NCBI GenBank assembly: GCA_964016885.1
Contig: OZ024744.1
Location: 86,304,001-86,368,000, forward strand
Origin: Eledone cirrhosa
Lineage: Eukaryota
Direction: 5' to 3'
DNA length: 64,000 nt
Below are positions 39,301 to 57,490 of this stretch, piece after piece. Both the position numbers and the translations under genes were made by a program. How positions within the stretch are numbered: position 1 is the first letter of the stretch; every line of letters starts with the position of its first letter. The notes beneath the pieces are model-generated. The model was not told where the DNA came from, made no database searches, and worked only from the letters and a program-made list of their open reading frames with translations.

Positions 39301-41972
39301 AAATACTCTATCTAGATATGATCTGGATGACCCTATGCGATTTGTCCAAGTCCACATTGGCAGATTCGGGAAATCCAATCGGTACCTGTCAGACAGTTCA
39401 AAACGCCTGAGCAGGTTGGTGAGACTCTTGCACCCTCCTCCCCTATCCGCTAATCCCACACAGTCCCAGCGTGCATCTAAGATCCCGTTCCAGTCGCCCA
39501 CTAACACTAAAGAGCGGAACGTTCCAAGAAGGTCTCCAGACGCCGGAAGAAATCAGGCCGCCCTGCTCCTGTCGGGACATAGACGGCCACTAGCTTGCCC
39601 GTCTCCGCTGGTCACGTCCAGCACCAACAACTTACCTTCTGGGTCCAGGAAGATGGCCCGTATGGCGAGATCCAAACCTCTCCGAAAAAGCACAGCAACT
39701 CCATCACCCGATCCAGGACGGCTGGGAGATGCGTACACGTCGAAGCCGCCGAAGATCGGTGCGAAGGCCCGTGCTTCGGAGATTCTGGTCTCGCTGATGG
39801 CCACTACATCTATGTTTAGTGACCTGAGGTCGTTGAGCAGGTGGCCCTGCTTCCATGACGACCCCAAGCCACGCGCATTTTGCTACCTATTCTGAGTGAG
39901 GTCATGTTGAAAAGGAGTGGAAAAGATGGGAAAGACCACTTACCTTACTTCTCGTAGGGGAAGGACGGTTTTTCCATCCTTTTCACTGCTTGTGGCCTCC
40001 TCAGGAAGGATGTCGTTATAAATCCCCCTGGAGAGTCCCTGCCGGAAGTCTCCGATGTCTTTGGGGAATTTTTGTTTTAGTGTCGTGTACGTTTTCTGTG
40101 TGATGCGAATGATTTGTATGTGTGGAGGTTATGTAAACTTTTGGGGAGTTGTGTAGTCTTTTTCTGTGATGCTGGTGTTGTGTTGGATGTAGTGTAATAA
40201 TTGGTTGTTGTTCAAATTTAATGCTGTGTAGTGTGTATCGTTTTGGTAGTTTTGTTTTGTTTGCGTTTGTTGTGGGTTTGATTCTCTTTCACTTTTTGGT
40301 GACTTTTGTGGTGTTGGTGATGGTGGTGTTGGGGTTAATGATGGTGATGGTGTTGGTGTTGGTGTTTCTGGTGATGGGGTTGGTGATGCTGGTGTGACTG
40401 GTGGCATAGCTGTCCTAACTTTTTTGTTTGATAGTTTATTTGTTTCCCTCTGTATTTTGTTTTTGGCGGGGGAAGGAAGAGAATTTTTTTCTTTTTTGGC
40501 TTCTTTTTCTTTTTTTCTTTTTTCTTGATACCGTTTCCCACTCCTCGTCGTCACAATCTGTCTCCAGTTGCGATAAACCGGGGAGTGGAAAATCCTCCAT
40601 AGGCGTTGGTTTTGGTTGTGGCGTGGTGAATGGTGTAGGCGCTGGTGCTAGTTCTGGCGTGTTGGGTGGTGGTGGTGTTGGTTTTGCTACTGTTGCTGGG
40701 GTTGTTGCTGTTACAGTTGCTTCTGTTGTTGCTGCTACAGTGGTGCTGCCATTTCTGCTGCTGGTGGTGTTGATGGTTGAGTCACTGGGGTGGGTAAGAG
40801 AGGTAGCCTCAACCTTTTAGCCTGAGGGCAGAAAGCCCTTAGGTGGGTTCCTTCACCACAAATGACACACCTAGGCCATCTGCTCTTGACGATTACGGTG
40901 AGGTGGCTGCCGTCCGTGAGGTCTATTACCTCTGGGATCTCCTCAGTGCTTTTATGGTCCGCTTGGATCAGGAGCTCCATCCCAGATCCTGACCAGTTCT
41001 CCTGCTTTTCTTTCGCTATTGCGATTATCTTGGTATTGCCTTCGATGCCAGCGAGGACGGCAGCCATTAGCCAGGGAATTTCGATGGCCGGTGGAACGTG
41101 GGTCACCCTAATCTTCACGAGTCTCTGGCTACAATACCTTGGGACGAGTGTGAAGTCGTCACTTCTTAATGGGGCCATGGAGTGTTCTCTGGCCTCCAGT
41201 GATGTTTCAAAGAACATGTCCACGGTTCCATATTTCTGCCCACGTCTGATGTGGGGTTTTTTTGCCCACACATGTCCCAAAGCTTTTGGATTTGGGACTC
41301 GGATGCCCGTTCCACTCGGCGCGATTTTATGTTAATCGTCCCATAAGACACGGTGCATAGGCGCCGATGCTCCATTTCTTTAGGTAGGGTGGGTGGGTGG
41401 GTGAGGCTGACCCTGTACTCATCTTTCTTTACCATTTTTTTGTCTTCTTCTAATTCCTCCTGAGTTACCTGGAATGCTTCGCACTTTTGTGCTACTCTGG
41501 CAAAAGACAGGGTTTTGTTATTCTCATTGTTGCTGTTGTTGTTATCGTTATTATTGTTATTGTTAATTTTAGTTTCAGTTGTGGTGGGGGGGGGGGGAGC
41601 CTTCAACACCTGCAGTCATTGGTAATGGCGGGAAATGCTACTGCTTATATTTTTAGTGTTGGCACACCTAATAATATTTACAATGGTGGTGTCGGTATTA
41701 GGTGTTAGTTTGTGAGGAAGGCTCTCAGCTACTGGGTTCAGCTGTGAGTCGGCCATGATTTTTCAAAGAAATTTTTTTTTTTTTAATAATTATAAAAGTT
41801 TAAATTTTCGGCTCAAGGCCCCAATCTTTTTGAGTGTCCTTTTCAGAAAACAATGTGTGTGCACTTATATACAGTTAACAATAAAATTTTTCCATAAATG
41901 GCAATTTTAAACAACTGAAAATAACAAACCTTTGCGGAGCTCACAATAATACGATTTACTACGTAGGTCGCC
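36361..41972 (-). mobile_element. Full-length decayed Tx1/L1-clade LINE (5' UTR, ORF1, ORF2) flanked by (TTA)n
   Basis: ORF1 zinc knuckle CVICGEGTHLRAFC (~40830-40870). ORF2 ~39905-36530 with APE and RT motifs (DQSKAFDRVDH, AYADDV). The 5' end GGCGACCTACG directly follows (TTA)n. Confidence 0.92.
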
Positions 41973-42650
<678 letters not shown>

Positions 42651-43547
42651 ATAACAATAACAATAATAAAAATAATAATAATAATAATATTAATGTTTTC
42701 TTTATTATTATTATGATTATTATTATTATTATTATCAACAACAACAACAATAATAATAATACTACTAATGATAATAGTCTATAAAAGAGCGAAAAATCCA
42801 TATTGATAAACCGTAAATAAATCCACTTTTATTTAGCTCTAATGTATCTTACTTACTGTGTTTTTTTTTCCTTTTATTTTTTGTAGGTTGGTGAATGCTG
42901 TTCAGGTTGACAATATCAGAAAAATGTATTCAACAGCAATATTAATAGGAATTTGAAAGATGTTTGCCAAACCGTCAAATGGAAGTTATGTGGTTCAAAG
43001 TAAAGTGGGCGGCGTTTCGTTGTTTAATATTTTTTTCTTTAAATTGCTTTCTAGCAATTTTAACTTTTTCTCGAAAAGTACAATATTATTCGACCTTTTT
43101 AAAATGTTATCCTAAATAATGAAATGTCATGTAAAGAAAAGAAATATGAACATTTAAAAAAAACATACTCGGCCGGTGAGAAAAAGACTTGAAGAAAACA
43201 GCAAAGGAACGAAAAAGGAATAATACAACAACTAATAAATATGAACCATTTGCATATCAAAAACGAACAAAGTGGAGAAACAGATAGAAAAATTCAACAA
43301 AAATATAGAGACGGAAATTGTATTGGATATTTTAAGCGAAGTTAAAAATTATAGTTTGTATAATGGAAGGAATTCTTAAGTATAATGTATCTATTCATAT
43401 TGTCAACTGACAATACGAATCTGTATTTCCGTTTATGCCTATATGTACAATCAGACATATACAGGCACACACACATAGACACACGCACACACACTGACAT
43501 AATATATTATTGTGTGTGTGTATATATATATATACACACACACAATC

Positions 43548-43603
<56 letters not shown>

Positions 43604-43782
43604 ATTATATATTATGTGAGTGTGTGTATATACATATATATATATATATTTACATATTTATAAATATGTGTATATATATATATATATTTATGTATAGTAA
43701 TAATAATAAATTTGAAGAATAAAATCCAAAGAGGGTTCAATAAGGATAAATATATATCAAATATATAAGAACCGTAGAGCAA

Positions 43783-46794
<3,012 letters not shown>

Positions 46795-46948
46795 ATGTAT
46801 ATAATATGTATATTTATTTATATATTTGTGTGTCTGTGTCTGTCTGTCCGTGTGTAGAAATATATATTGCATGTATGCTATACATATACGTTATTCCGGG
46901 TTGAATCGGGGGTAACCACAGTAAGTAAGGTACTCAATACATAGCAGA

Positions 46949-47167
<219 letters not shown>

Positions 47168-47182
47168 CATATATATACATAT

Positions 47183-49608
47183 ATATTCATTAGTTAAGGA
47201 AAACAAGACCACAAATTTCACAAGGACGCCATTATTAACAGATTGTGAACATATTTTAGTTTGATGTAAGGAATGTAGAGAATAATAATAATAATAATAA
47301 TATTAATAACAATAATGTCAGTTTACAATTGTTTCGTTACTCCATATAATATTTCTGGATCAGATGACTATATATCATTATTGATCTGGTTCAGTTGAAA
47401 ATAATTATTATAGATTCTTTAAAAATAACGGTCTCTCTATCACCATCGAGCCGAACCATAAAGTAGTAAACTTCCTAGACGTCACCCTAGATCTCAACAA
47501 TAACCTATATTACCCTTACCATAAACCAGGTGAAATACTCACATATATTAGCCCACACTCTAACCCCCCCACCGGCAGTCATCAGAGCAGTAATCAAATC
47601 TATCTCGTATAGGATCTCCATGCTATCAGCAAACGAGGAGATATTTATAAACCATGCACAATATTATAATAAGGCTCTCTCTGAATCTGGTTATAAACAA
47701 TCAATTTATTACATACCTAAATGCCATAACACAGCAATTCATCATAATAAACTTAACATTAGAACTAGAAATACCTTAGCATAGAGCCAGATTCGCCGGA
47801 ATTTTAGCAGTAACAGCACCTATACAGGGAAGTTTAATGGGGGCAGCGGCCTGCTCCCCACTCCAAGTAGAAAACTAAAATTCAAACCTAGAATAGGAAT
47901 GAGAAATGGGATGACAAATAACAAATCCCCAGGTAATAATAACCCAAGGAAGGCCCCTACCAACTCCACTAGAACCCCTAGAAGGAATAGACCGAGAAAT
48001 ATCACCTGGCTTAACCCCCATTCTCATCTAATCTCGCCACTAATATCCTTAAGCGCTTCTTCTCTATCCTATCTAAACATTTCCCCCTCAACCATAGATA
48101 TTACAAACTCTTTAATAAAAATAACATTAAAATATCGTTCTCTACAACACCTAACCTAGTTAGCTACATCGCATTCAGTAACCATCATAAACTAAGACAG
48201 TATAACTCCCACACCGCGGTACCACCACCCCTATAAAATACACCACACCACTACAATAATTACTCTAGTAGCACACCTCCCCCATCTAATAGTTCTAGCA
48301 CTGACCAACCGCTTAGGTTAAACAACCCTACTCTCACTAACAGCAGAAGCAACTGCAACTGCCGTTACCCTAATGCATGCCCATTAAATGGACACTGCCT
48401 GACACCCAATATAATCTATAGGTGCACGGTTAAAACTGCTTCAAATACCAGCTCTTATATCGGGTCTACCTCTAACCCTTTTAAGGTACGCTATAACGCG
48501 CACTCTTTTTCCTTCCGAGACCCTACCAGCAGATGTTCGACATCTCTAGCTAGGCTCATTAAAAACCTTAAATTAAGCAACATTGAACACTCACTAAAAT
48601 GGGATATCGTGGCTAGGGCCCAACCGTTCAATGGACGAAAAAAATCTTGTGATATCTGTATTACCGAAGCATATTACATAACACTATCACGACCTCTACC
48701 GATTAACGATAGAACGGAGGTAACTATTAGCTGTCAACATCGAAGGGCTAATTCCTTCGCCAATAGAATATGTGACCCAACATAGTCATCTAGCCCCATT
48801 TTTACTTGTAGCTAATAAGTTAAATAGCTATAACTAACTTAGATAATTATAAGTTACCTCCCCTACATTGTCTCTCAATTAAAAATATTTTAAATTAGCA
48901 CTTGACTATAAACTACCCACAATTTCTAATCTCTCGAGGAGTTACTTCCCCTGAAACCACCCACTAATTAGTAAGGTAAATATGTCCTTTGCCAGCCATC
49001 TTGTTACCCATAGGCAGATCTCACACAATGCAGCCTCGACAGATGAATACTGCTTAATTATGGCTGACAACTGATACAACCAGGACACCATAGTGAAATA
49101 CCAATATATGGAACATTACATTATGTAACATTCTCTCCTTATTTTAATTTATATTCCTTTGAAGTTCCGATGAGCCGCTCTGTTTTTAAATATGTTAATT
49201 ATTTTCAACTAAACCAGATCAATAATGATATATAGTCATCTGATCCAGATATGTTATATGGAGTAGCGAAACAATTGTAGCGAATAATATTAATAACAAT
49301 AATAAATTATTATTATTAATATTATTATTATTATTCTCTACATTCCTTACATCGAACTAAAATATGTTGACAATCTTTTAATAATCTCTTCCTTGTAAAA
49401 TTTGTGGTCTTGTTCTGCTTAACTAATGAATATTTCCAGCTCTGCGCGCCTAACTTCTGCATGAACCCTGCCACCTAGCTGCTTTCTACTGCATATTGCA
49501 CATTGAGCAGATGCCTTTACGCTTTGGCTTCTAACTAATTCACCAATCTCTCCTCTCCTATCTCCTCTCCTATCTCCATCTCTCTCTTTACGATTGGTTA
49601 CTCTTGAA

Positions 49609-49610
<2 letters not shown>
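47183..49610 (+). mobile_element. Penelope-like element (RT C-half + GIY-YIG), 5'-truncated with inverted partial pLTR; HHR family L
   Basis: VNFLDVTLDL, YHKPGE..YISPHSN, RNITWLNP, CNCRYPNACPLNGHCLTPNIIYRC, SYIGSTSNPFKVRYNAH, CDICITEAYYI. 47183-47410 is inverted relative to ~49195-49432. Confidence 0.92.
49161..49284 (+). ncRNA. Hammerhead with CCGATGA core and 94-nt stem II (family L)
   Basis: AGTT-CCGATGA-GCCGCTC...GAGTAGC-GAAAC-aatt-GTA^. The inverted copy at 47324-47340 preserves GTA^AACT, which completes stem I. Confidence 0.62.
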
Positions 49611-49674
<64 letters not shown>

Positions 49675-49679
<5 letters not shown>

Positions 49680-50777
49680 TATAACTATGTACACGTACAT
49701 ACATATATGTATACAGACGTACAGTAGTATGTATATATATATACATACATGCACACATATATATATGCACGTATGGATTCACCGAACATTTATTATAATT
49801 GTTTCTACTTTAGGCACAAGGCCAGCATTTATCCAGTGCATTACTGGTACTTTATTTTATCGACCCCGTAAGGATGAAAGGCAAAGTCAACCTCGAATGC
49901 TCGGTGTGTTTGTAAAAAAAACAAACATCCCGTATTAAGCCGTAGTGTCCAGCAACCAACGTTGCTCGTTTGTTCAACACTGACAAAGGAACGATGTACT
50001 AGTTTCAAGCTTATTAGCTATCGTCAGCAACGTATACCTTCCTGCCAGATTGTTGAACGTATATACTTACCTTATGCATATTAACGGCTGAGTATCCCAA
50101 TTTGCATATCGAGTGGGTTAATCGGCCGGGTGCACCGAAAACGGTGTTGAACAAACGAGCAACATTTTTTTTTACAAACACACCGAGCATTATAATAAAT
50201 GTTCGGTGAATGCATACGTGCATATATATATGTGTGCATGTATGTATATATATATACATACTACTGTACGTCTGTATGCATATATGTATGTACATATTTA
50301 AGTAACAGCCGTACTAAGAGTGGGAAATGAAATTTCGTTCCATTTTTTCCGTTTATCGTTTTCGGTGCACCCGGCCGATTAACCCACTCGATATGCAAAT
50401 TGGGATACTCAGCCGTTAATATGCATAAGGTAAGTATATACGTTCAACAATCTGGCAGGAAGGTATACGTTGCTGACGATAGCTAATAAGCTTGAAACTA
50501 GTACATCGTTCCTTTGTCAGTGTTGAACAAACGAGCAACGTTGGTTGCTGGACACTACGGCTTAATACGGGATGTTTGTTTTTTTTACAAACACACCGAG
50601 CATTATAATAAATGTTCGGTGAATCCATACGTGCATATATATATATGTGTGCATGTATGTATATATATATACATACTACTGTACGTCTGTATACATATAT
50701 GTATGTACGTGTACATACTTATATTTATGTAACAGCCGTACTGAGAGTGGGAAATGAAATTTCGTTCCATTTTTTCC

Positions 50778-50783
<6 letters not shown>
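49675..50783. mobile_element. Second insertion of HHR family B (inverted + tandem units), with a nested SINE fragment
   Basis: - unit 49675-50142 (SINE at ~49797-49895); + units 50144-50783 with ~426-bp period. HHRs at 49991-50033 (-) and 50467-50509 (+). Confidence 0.82.
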
Positions 50784-50852
<69 letters not shown>

Positions 50853-50983
50853 GCGGCGATGAATTAGTTTTGCAAGGTTAATATTATTACTGGCAATATT
50901 GTAACATATTATAACAATATGATCCTTTCCAAGAATAATAATATATATATATGTATATAATATATATATTTGTATACATATAT

Positions 50984-51495
50984 ATAAATGTAATCTGAGT
51001 TCTTCGAATATTAATAATAATATACGTTTGCAATTATGCAAGCAAGCCTCTTTTTTAAAGCCATGTCAGTAGAATGAGCCCCTCATTCTTGCTCTTGTGT
51101 TGGCATGTAAACAGAACTGCAGACACTAATGTTTCTGGGTATCACCCTTCATTAGTACAGCTCACTGTTCCCCTGGCAACTGTCAGTCCTAGTGAAAATA
51201 TATGATATTTTATCAAATATGCAGTGACTGATCGGCCTGATTTGCATATTAGCGAACTGGCTGATCGGTCAGATCTGCATATTAACTGATCAGCCAGATT
51301 TGCATATCAGCAGACAGGCCAGTCAATTTCCTGTATACGAGCGAATAATGGCCGGCTTTGCCATATTAAAAAAAAAAAAAAAAAAATTCGCTCTAAATGT
51401 CTGAATACAATAAATGTAACCTGAGTTTGCAATCATACAAACAAGCCTCTTTTTTAAAGCCACTTCAGTAGAATGAGTCCCTTATTCGTGCTCTC
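50984..51495 (-). mobile_element. Partial tandem ~425-bp cassette with HHR family M and octamer repeats
   Basis: TAAATGTAA(T/C)CTGAGTTT is repeated at ~50984 and ~51411. HHR 51114-51163: GAGCTGTA-CTAATGA-aGGGTgatACCCa-GAAACAT-ta-GTGTC^-TGCAGTTC. Confidence 0.75.
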
Positions 51496-52989
51496 AAAAT
51501 TCGGAAAATGATGATGATGATGATTGTATATATGTATCCAAAGACCTTGTTTCAGGGGGTACAAGGCGACAAGTCACCGACCCCACTTTCTCAAACCTCT
51601 ATGTTTTATTTTTTGTTTATTTGATATAATAAATTGTTTATAAGCTTATTTTTTTATATCCTAACTTCATTTGAATATATAAAATTTAATTAGCGTAAAA
51701 TTTCCCTTTTGCGATAGGGTCCGGGAAAGACACCATACACAATACTAACATGTTCCTTTAATAATCAACAAATGTTGGTTTGTCCCCCTCACATTTTAAA
51801 GACAAACGAGACCCCTGCATGTAGCTATGTATTGTCAGTTAATAAGTTACTAAACATATTTCAAAGATTTGTGAGAAAGAAATTAGAATAATCTAAACTA
51901 TAATAAAGTAAGGAGTGCGGGACTGCGTCCAGAATATATTTTGTTGCCCCGTTTGCAAAATAAGTTTGATTACTTTGAATAAATAATTGTTTCTACTTTA
52001 GGCACAAGCCAGCAATTAACCAGTGCATTACTGGTACTTTAATTGCTCTGTTGAGTTTAGCCTCCATGGGGTTAGTCTTCAGCACTAGATGCAAATCATA
52101 TATATCAGAATATACTGTTCTGACCATATTTAGTAGATCAATCTTAAATACCCTCCGAGTCGCAAGGATGGACTTGTTTTCAGAGAGAAGAAATCCATTT
52201 CAGTTTCCGATAGAAAGCGTGGAGGGGAACTTCTTATTACTAAGTCGTCGGTGGTCTGCCAGAATACTTTATTTATTGATCTAAAGTCAGATTCCATCTT
52301 AACTCCCAAGTACTCCTATGTTTTAACCCTGCATGAATCTACTGTCTCTGTTGCGAATTTCGTGCCTGCTTGTACCGTGATTGCAAGAAAGATATGTTTC
52401 CAAGCCAAGATTTTTAAACATCTTTCTTTGTTCAGATAGCATCTTTAACCTACCGATTGAACTATTATGTCTCCGATATACTACTGAATCAGACGTTCAT
52501 CTAATGAAATTAAAATATTCAGACCGGTCAAAGGAACACAGGTGCATATGTTGTTGTTTTTTTGTTTTTTGCTTTTTCTATGATAATCATGATATAACTC
52601 ATCTCAGCATTTGAACAACCTATTCAAGTACATAACTACAAACTGCACAGCTGGCCCATGGAATGCAAATGGCAAATTCATATTCCTGCACATTATGTGG
52701 TTCCCTAACTTTCTTTAATTAGTCAATATGCCATCATAATTATCTATTTCTGTATTGTCTACGTTTTTTTAAGTCATCGGGCGAGCGAATTATTGGCGAC
52801 ATTTATAAAAATCTAATTAAATATTTCCAAGATTATATTACAATACCTTTATTGTTGCTACTATTTGTTTTTATTTAATGGTATATTTTCATTGCTATAG
52901 CCTTTCTAAGCATCTGTTGTCTATACAGACATATACGACAAGAAGTTGTTTCCTCTACTGATTAAGATGTAGTTGTATACGGTAAGGCA

Positions 52990-54925
52990 AAGATCTTTGA
53001 TACTTACATCTTACCAGTTCTGTTATATAGTCCTGACTGTGTTAATTGGATGACAAGGTCACTTGAAACGCTCTCTACATTCCAGAACCATACCATTAGA
53101 CTTATGACTAGCAAGCGCCTCAGCAACCGTATCTGTATCAGTGAGCTACTCAACATTACCAAACTTAGATCTATTACATCAATTGTCAAGAGTACTCAAA
53201 CTATACCCTCTTATAAAAAGATCAACTCGTGGTATGAGTAGGTTATTCCTGGAAGGAAGGTTGGCTGGTAAGAGAAGCAGAGGCCAGCAGCCAAAACGAT
53301 GACTTGATAATGTCAACTTATAGACTGGACTTGATCTTTGCTCTTTAAACTCTGTTGTTAGTGATCAACCTTTGTGGAGAGAGATATCACATGTTAATGC
53401 GCAGTCTGCAACTGGCGGAGTTTTGCGTCACAAGAGGAAGTATACGGTAAGCATCTTATGCTTTTCATTTCTATTCAACATTTCCGACCGCGGTCGTATA
53501 TTATATTTGTCTTTACAATAGTATTCCATTTATTCCTCTGGTTTATACTGTGTCAAATCTTTATTAGTATATATACAATTATTTTACAAGCAATTTTGTA
53601 TAAAGAGTATCTATAAAAGTAATTCTGAACTTTTAAGATTTTGTTTAGGTAGATCGTTTATGTTCTCTAGCAGAAATAATATATCGGATGTGTTGACATT
53701 TGAACATTTTGGGGAGGGTGAAATTCAGCCCTCGATGTTAAAAGACTTAAATAAAGAATTTGCTCTCTGGCTGATTCATATGTTCCAGATGTCCTGGTTC
53801 CCTGGAAATGCACAAGACAATGGTAATCGAGAGTGATTATACCAATTTTGAAGAAGGGAGACAACAGAAATTGCTCTAATTATAGAGGCGTTTACTTGTT
53901 AAGTCTCCCCGGTAATGTCTTCGTAGGTCTGGAAATGGGATATTGTTGATTACGGTGTAGTTTTTTTCCCGAGCTGACCAAGTATTCACTATATGGGATC
54001 ATTGCCAAGCAACATATACTTGTTTCGCAAACCTCGAAATGGCATACGACAGCGTACTCCGGGAAATATTGAAGAAGGTTTAGCAGGAACCACAGACGGC
54101 TTCTTGTCTTGAAGTCTCTATACAAATGACTTAGTAATTGTTTGAATAAATATAGAAACCATTCATGCCCCTTGTCACGTACCCTGTTCATAGCCTTCAT
54201 GCGTAACTGGGTTGGAAGTGGTATCAATTCCGGCGGATGTAGGACCTGCTGATGACATTGCGCTACTTAAATCATCGGAAAGTGATTGCTCATGTACTGG
54301 ATAGGTTTGTTGGCGAGTGCTGTATGACAGGAATGACATTCAGTTTTGGGAAAACTGAGGCTTTCAGCTCCTCGATAAAATTTTGACAGTACACATTGAC
54401 TGTGAAAGAGATATACTGAAGTTAAGTGGATCAGTTCAAGAATCTTAGCGTAAATTTCACGAATGATGGATTGTAGAATGTTAAATCAAACTCGACAATT
54501 CCTCGAGCTAGCGCAAAAACGTATCAGCTCGGCACTCGGTCATCAAACGATGAAAGGCAGGTGTGAATACTAAATTTGTTATTTTCAATTTGGTATTTGT
54601 GCCATATCGTTACATATGATCATGAATCTAGAGTGAAGGTCGAGAGAATACTATCGCACATACAAGTAGACGAAATGCAGTCCCTCCGAATGGTCTTTGG
54701 AGTAATGTTACTTGATACAGTTAGTAATTCGGTGATCAAAGAGTCGCTCAAGGTAGAGCCAGTAATTCTTTGAATGAAGATATCACAGCTCTAGTACTAT
54801 CGATATGTACTTAGAATATCTAAAGAAATAACCACAGGTCAGATTTTAAGTGCAATATCAACTGACAGGTGACACAGAGGTAGACCAGGAGTAAGATGGT
54901 TGGGTAACATCCATGAGCCCAGCAA
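52990..54925 (+). mobile_element. Highly decayed RTE-like LINE fragments
   Basis: RVIIPILKKGDNRNCSNYRGVYLLSLPG (~53830-53915), ADDIALL (~54248), and RGRP..RW-like C-terminal motifs at ~53270-53310 and ~54875-54905. Confidence 0.6.
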
Positions 54926-55704
54926 GCCGGATCAGTTGGGAACAGTGGCTTCTGATACGAATCTACGTTGACACTCCCAACCTCTTATATACGTACACAC
55001 TCCCTTCTTTTCTCACTTGTGTACAGTCACATGCACAGGCATTCGTTGTATTATTTACGCGGCTTCGGTTAATTCGGTTATCATTTGGCATACGTAAACG
55101 TTTTAAGATTTATAATCTTATCAGATATACAAGACCCACATTTCATGCATGACCTATTGTTGGTTTGTGGTTGTCTTGGGCTCTCCATTTAATATCTTAG
55201 TTTATATTCTGCATATCAAGGTCTATATTTCACTCGCTAGGACCATGTTCTAGACGACATTCCTCAATCGTTTTGCAACTTTATGCGCTTTAACCACTCA
55301 GTACTATTTAAAGGTATCTCCTCCCAGTTGTCTATATCAAGGGATGACAATTTCTTTTCTGCTTTTTTACAACCTTGCCACCAGGATCGTGGCCGGTCAA
55401 AAATGTACTAGAAATTAAGAGAAAGAGAAACATACATACATACAGTTCCATACTGTAGAAAGTTCAAATCCCAAAATGTTAAAGTTTCTTTTTATTGATC
55501 TATACAACAATCCCTGTCACTATCTCGCTGCTTGATCTGTGTGAAATCACACTCAAACTTCTCTATAATAACTATGTCATCTTACAAAATGGAATGATAA
55601 AGAATTTAAATAATGTTGTTTGATATCTTTATTGAGTAACTATATAACATTTCAGCCGATATAATACCACTTGTTAATTAACTACACCGCACGCACACAC
55701 ACAT

Positions 55705-55818
<114 letters not shown>

Positions 55819-55982
55819 ACACGTATACATACACTCGCACTTACACACACACACATATATATATACATATATACATATTCATATATATATATATATGTAT
55901 GTAAAAGGTAAACAGAATTAACAACACAACCAGTATATGGAAGGTATATATTAGGTTAACGCTGGTTATAGTAGGAAGAGGG

Positions 55983-56018
55983 TCTTAACGTTTCGGACGC
56001 TAGTCCTTCATCAGAAGA
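55983..56018 (-). ncRNA. Minimal (loopless stem III, dimer-type) hammerhead, family N, in a ~270-bp cassette between TA tracts
   Basis: TCTT-CTGATGA-aGGACtagcGTCC-GAAACGTT^-AAGA. Confidence 0.8.
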
Positions 56019-56187
56019 AAGAATGAGAAATAAAATAGATTGTGGACCTCTCAAAATTCGTTGGATTTTCTGATTGGACTTTCACCTCGAAACTGGATAC
56101 CAACCCGGAGTACACCTGAACTTCCACCAGGAAATCTTTCGTATCTTTCTTTGAAATTTTCTTTGCTTCTTAAATATATATATGTAC

Positions 56188-56218
<31 letters not shown>

Positions 56219-56219
56219 C

Positions 56220-56568
<349 letters not shown>

Positions 56569-56569
56569 C

Positions 56570-56605
<36 letters not shown>

Positions 56606-56609
56606 TTAC

Positions 56610-56740
<131 letters not shown>

Positions 56741-56745
56741 TATAC

Positions 56746-56793
<48 letters not shown>

Positions 56794-56795
56794 AA

Positions 56796-56827
<32 letters not shown>

Positions 56828-57247
56828 ATATATATATAAATTATCGTTAGCAGTAGCAACAAGGAACATTATAAACACGAAAATGATTTGCTTTCTGTGA
56901 TGTTTATTTTCAAAAACAATGACACGAATGATTTGTCAGTGGAAGCTCTCATTCATTTTTTTCTATTATATTTTTTTTCTTAAAAAACATATAAAGATAT
57001 GAAGGAATATAAAAAGAAATGCAGAAATTAAAAAAATATATATTTTGCAACAGCGGTCATAATGTAATTCCCGTGAGTCTTCCGTGATCAACGAAGACAA
57101 AATGTTGAATTTTTTTTTTTTTTTTACAAGCAACAATTACTGATTATTGCCTCACTCTTCCATTGATATATATCACCACACATACAGACACACCTACTCA
57201 CTATTCAGATTTCAACCAAGACCTCTAATATGTATGTGTGTAAGTGA

Positions 57248-57490
57248 TGTATGTATGTATGTATGTATGTATGTATGTATGTATGTGTGTATGTATGTAT
57301 GGATGGATGTGTGTATGTATGTATGGATGGATGTGTGTATGTATGTATGTATGTATGTATGTATGTATGTATGTATGTATGTATGTATGTATGTATGTGT
57401 GTATGTATGCATGCATGTATGTATGGATGTATGTATGTATGGATGTATGTGTGTATGTGTATGTATGTATGTATGTATGTATGTACGTAT
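57248..57490. repeat. (TATG)n microsatellite
   Basis: Visible. Confidence 0.95.

Noticed and set aside
51552-51818. Possible hAT-type MITE (CAGGGG...CCCCTG); similar hint at ~59776-59896
   Set aside because: The TIR is too short and no clear TSD is visible, so it cannot be supported by eye.
54249-54255. CTGATGA as a hammerhead core (also at ~35054)
   Set aside because: It encodes ADD in LINE protein sequence, with no GAAA or stems in register.
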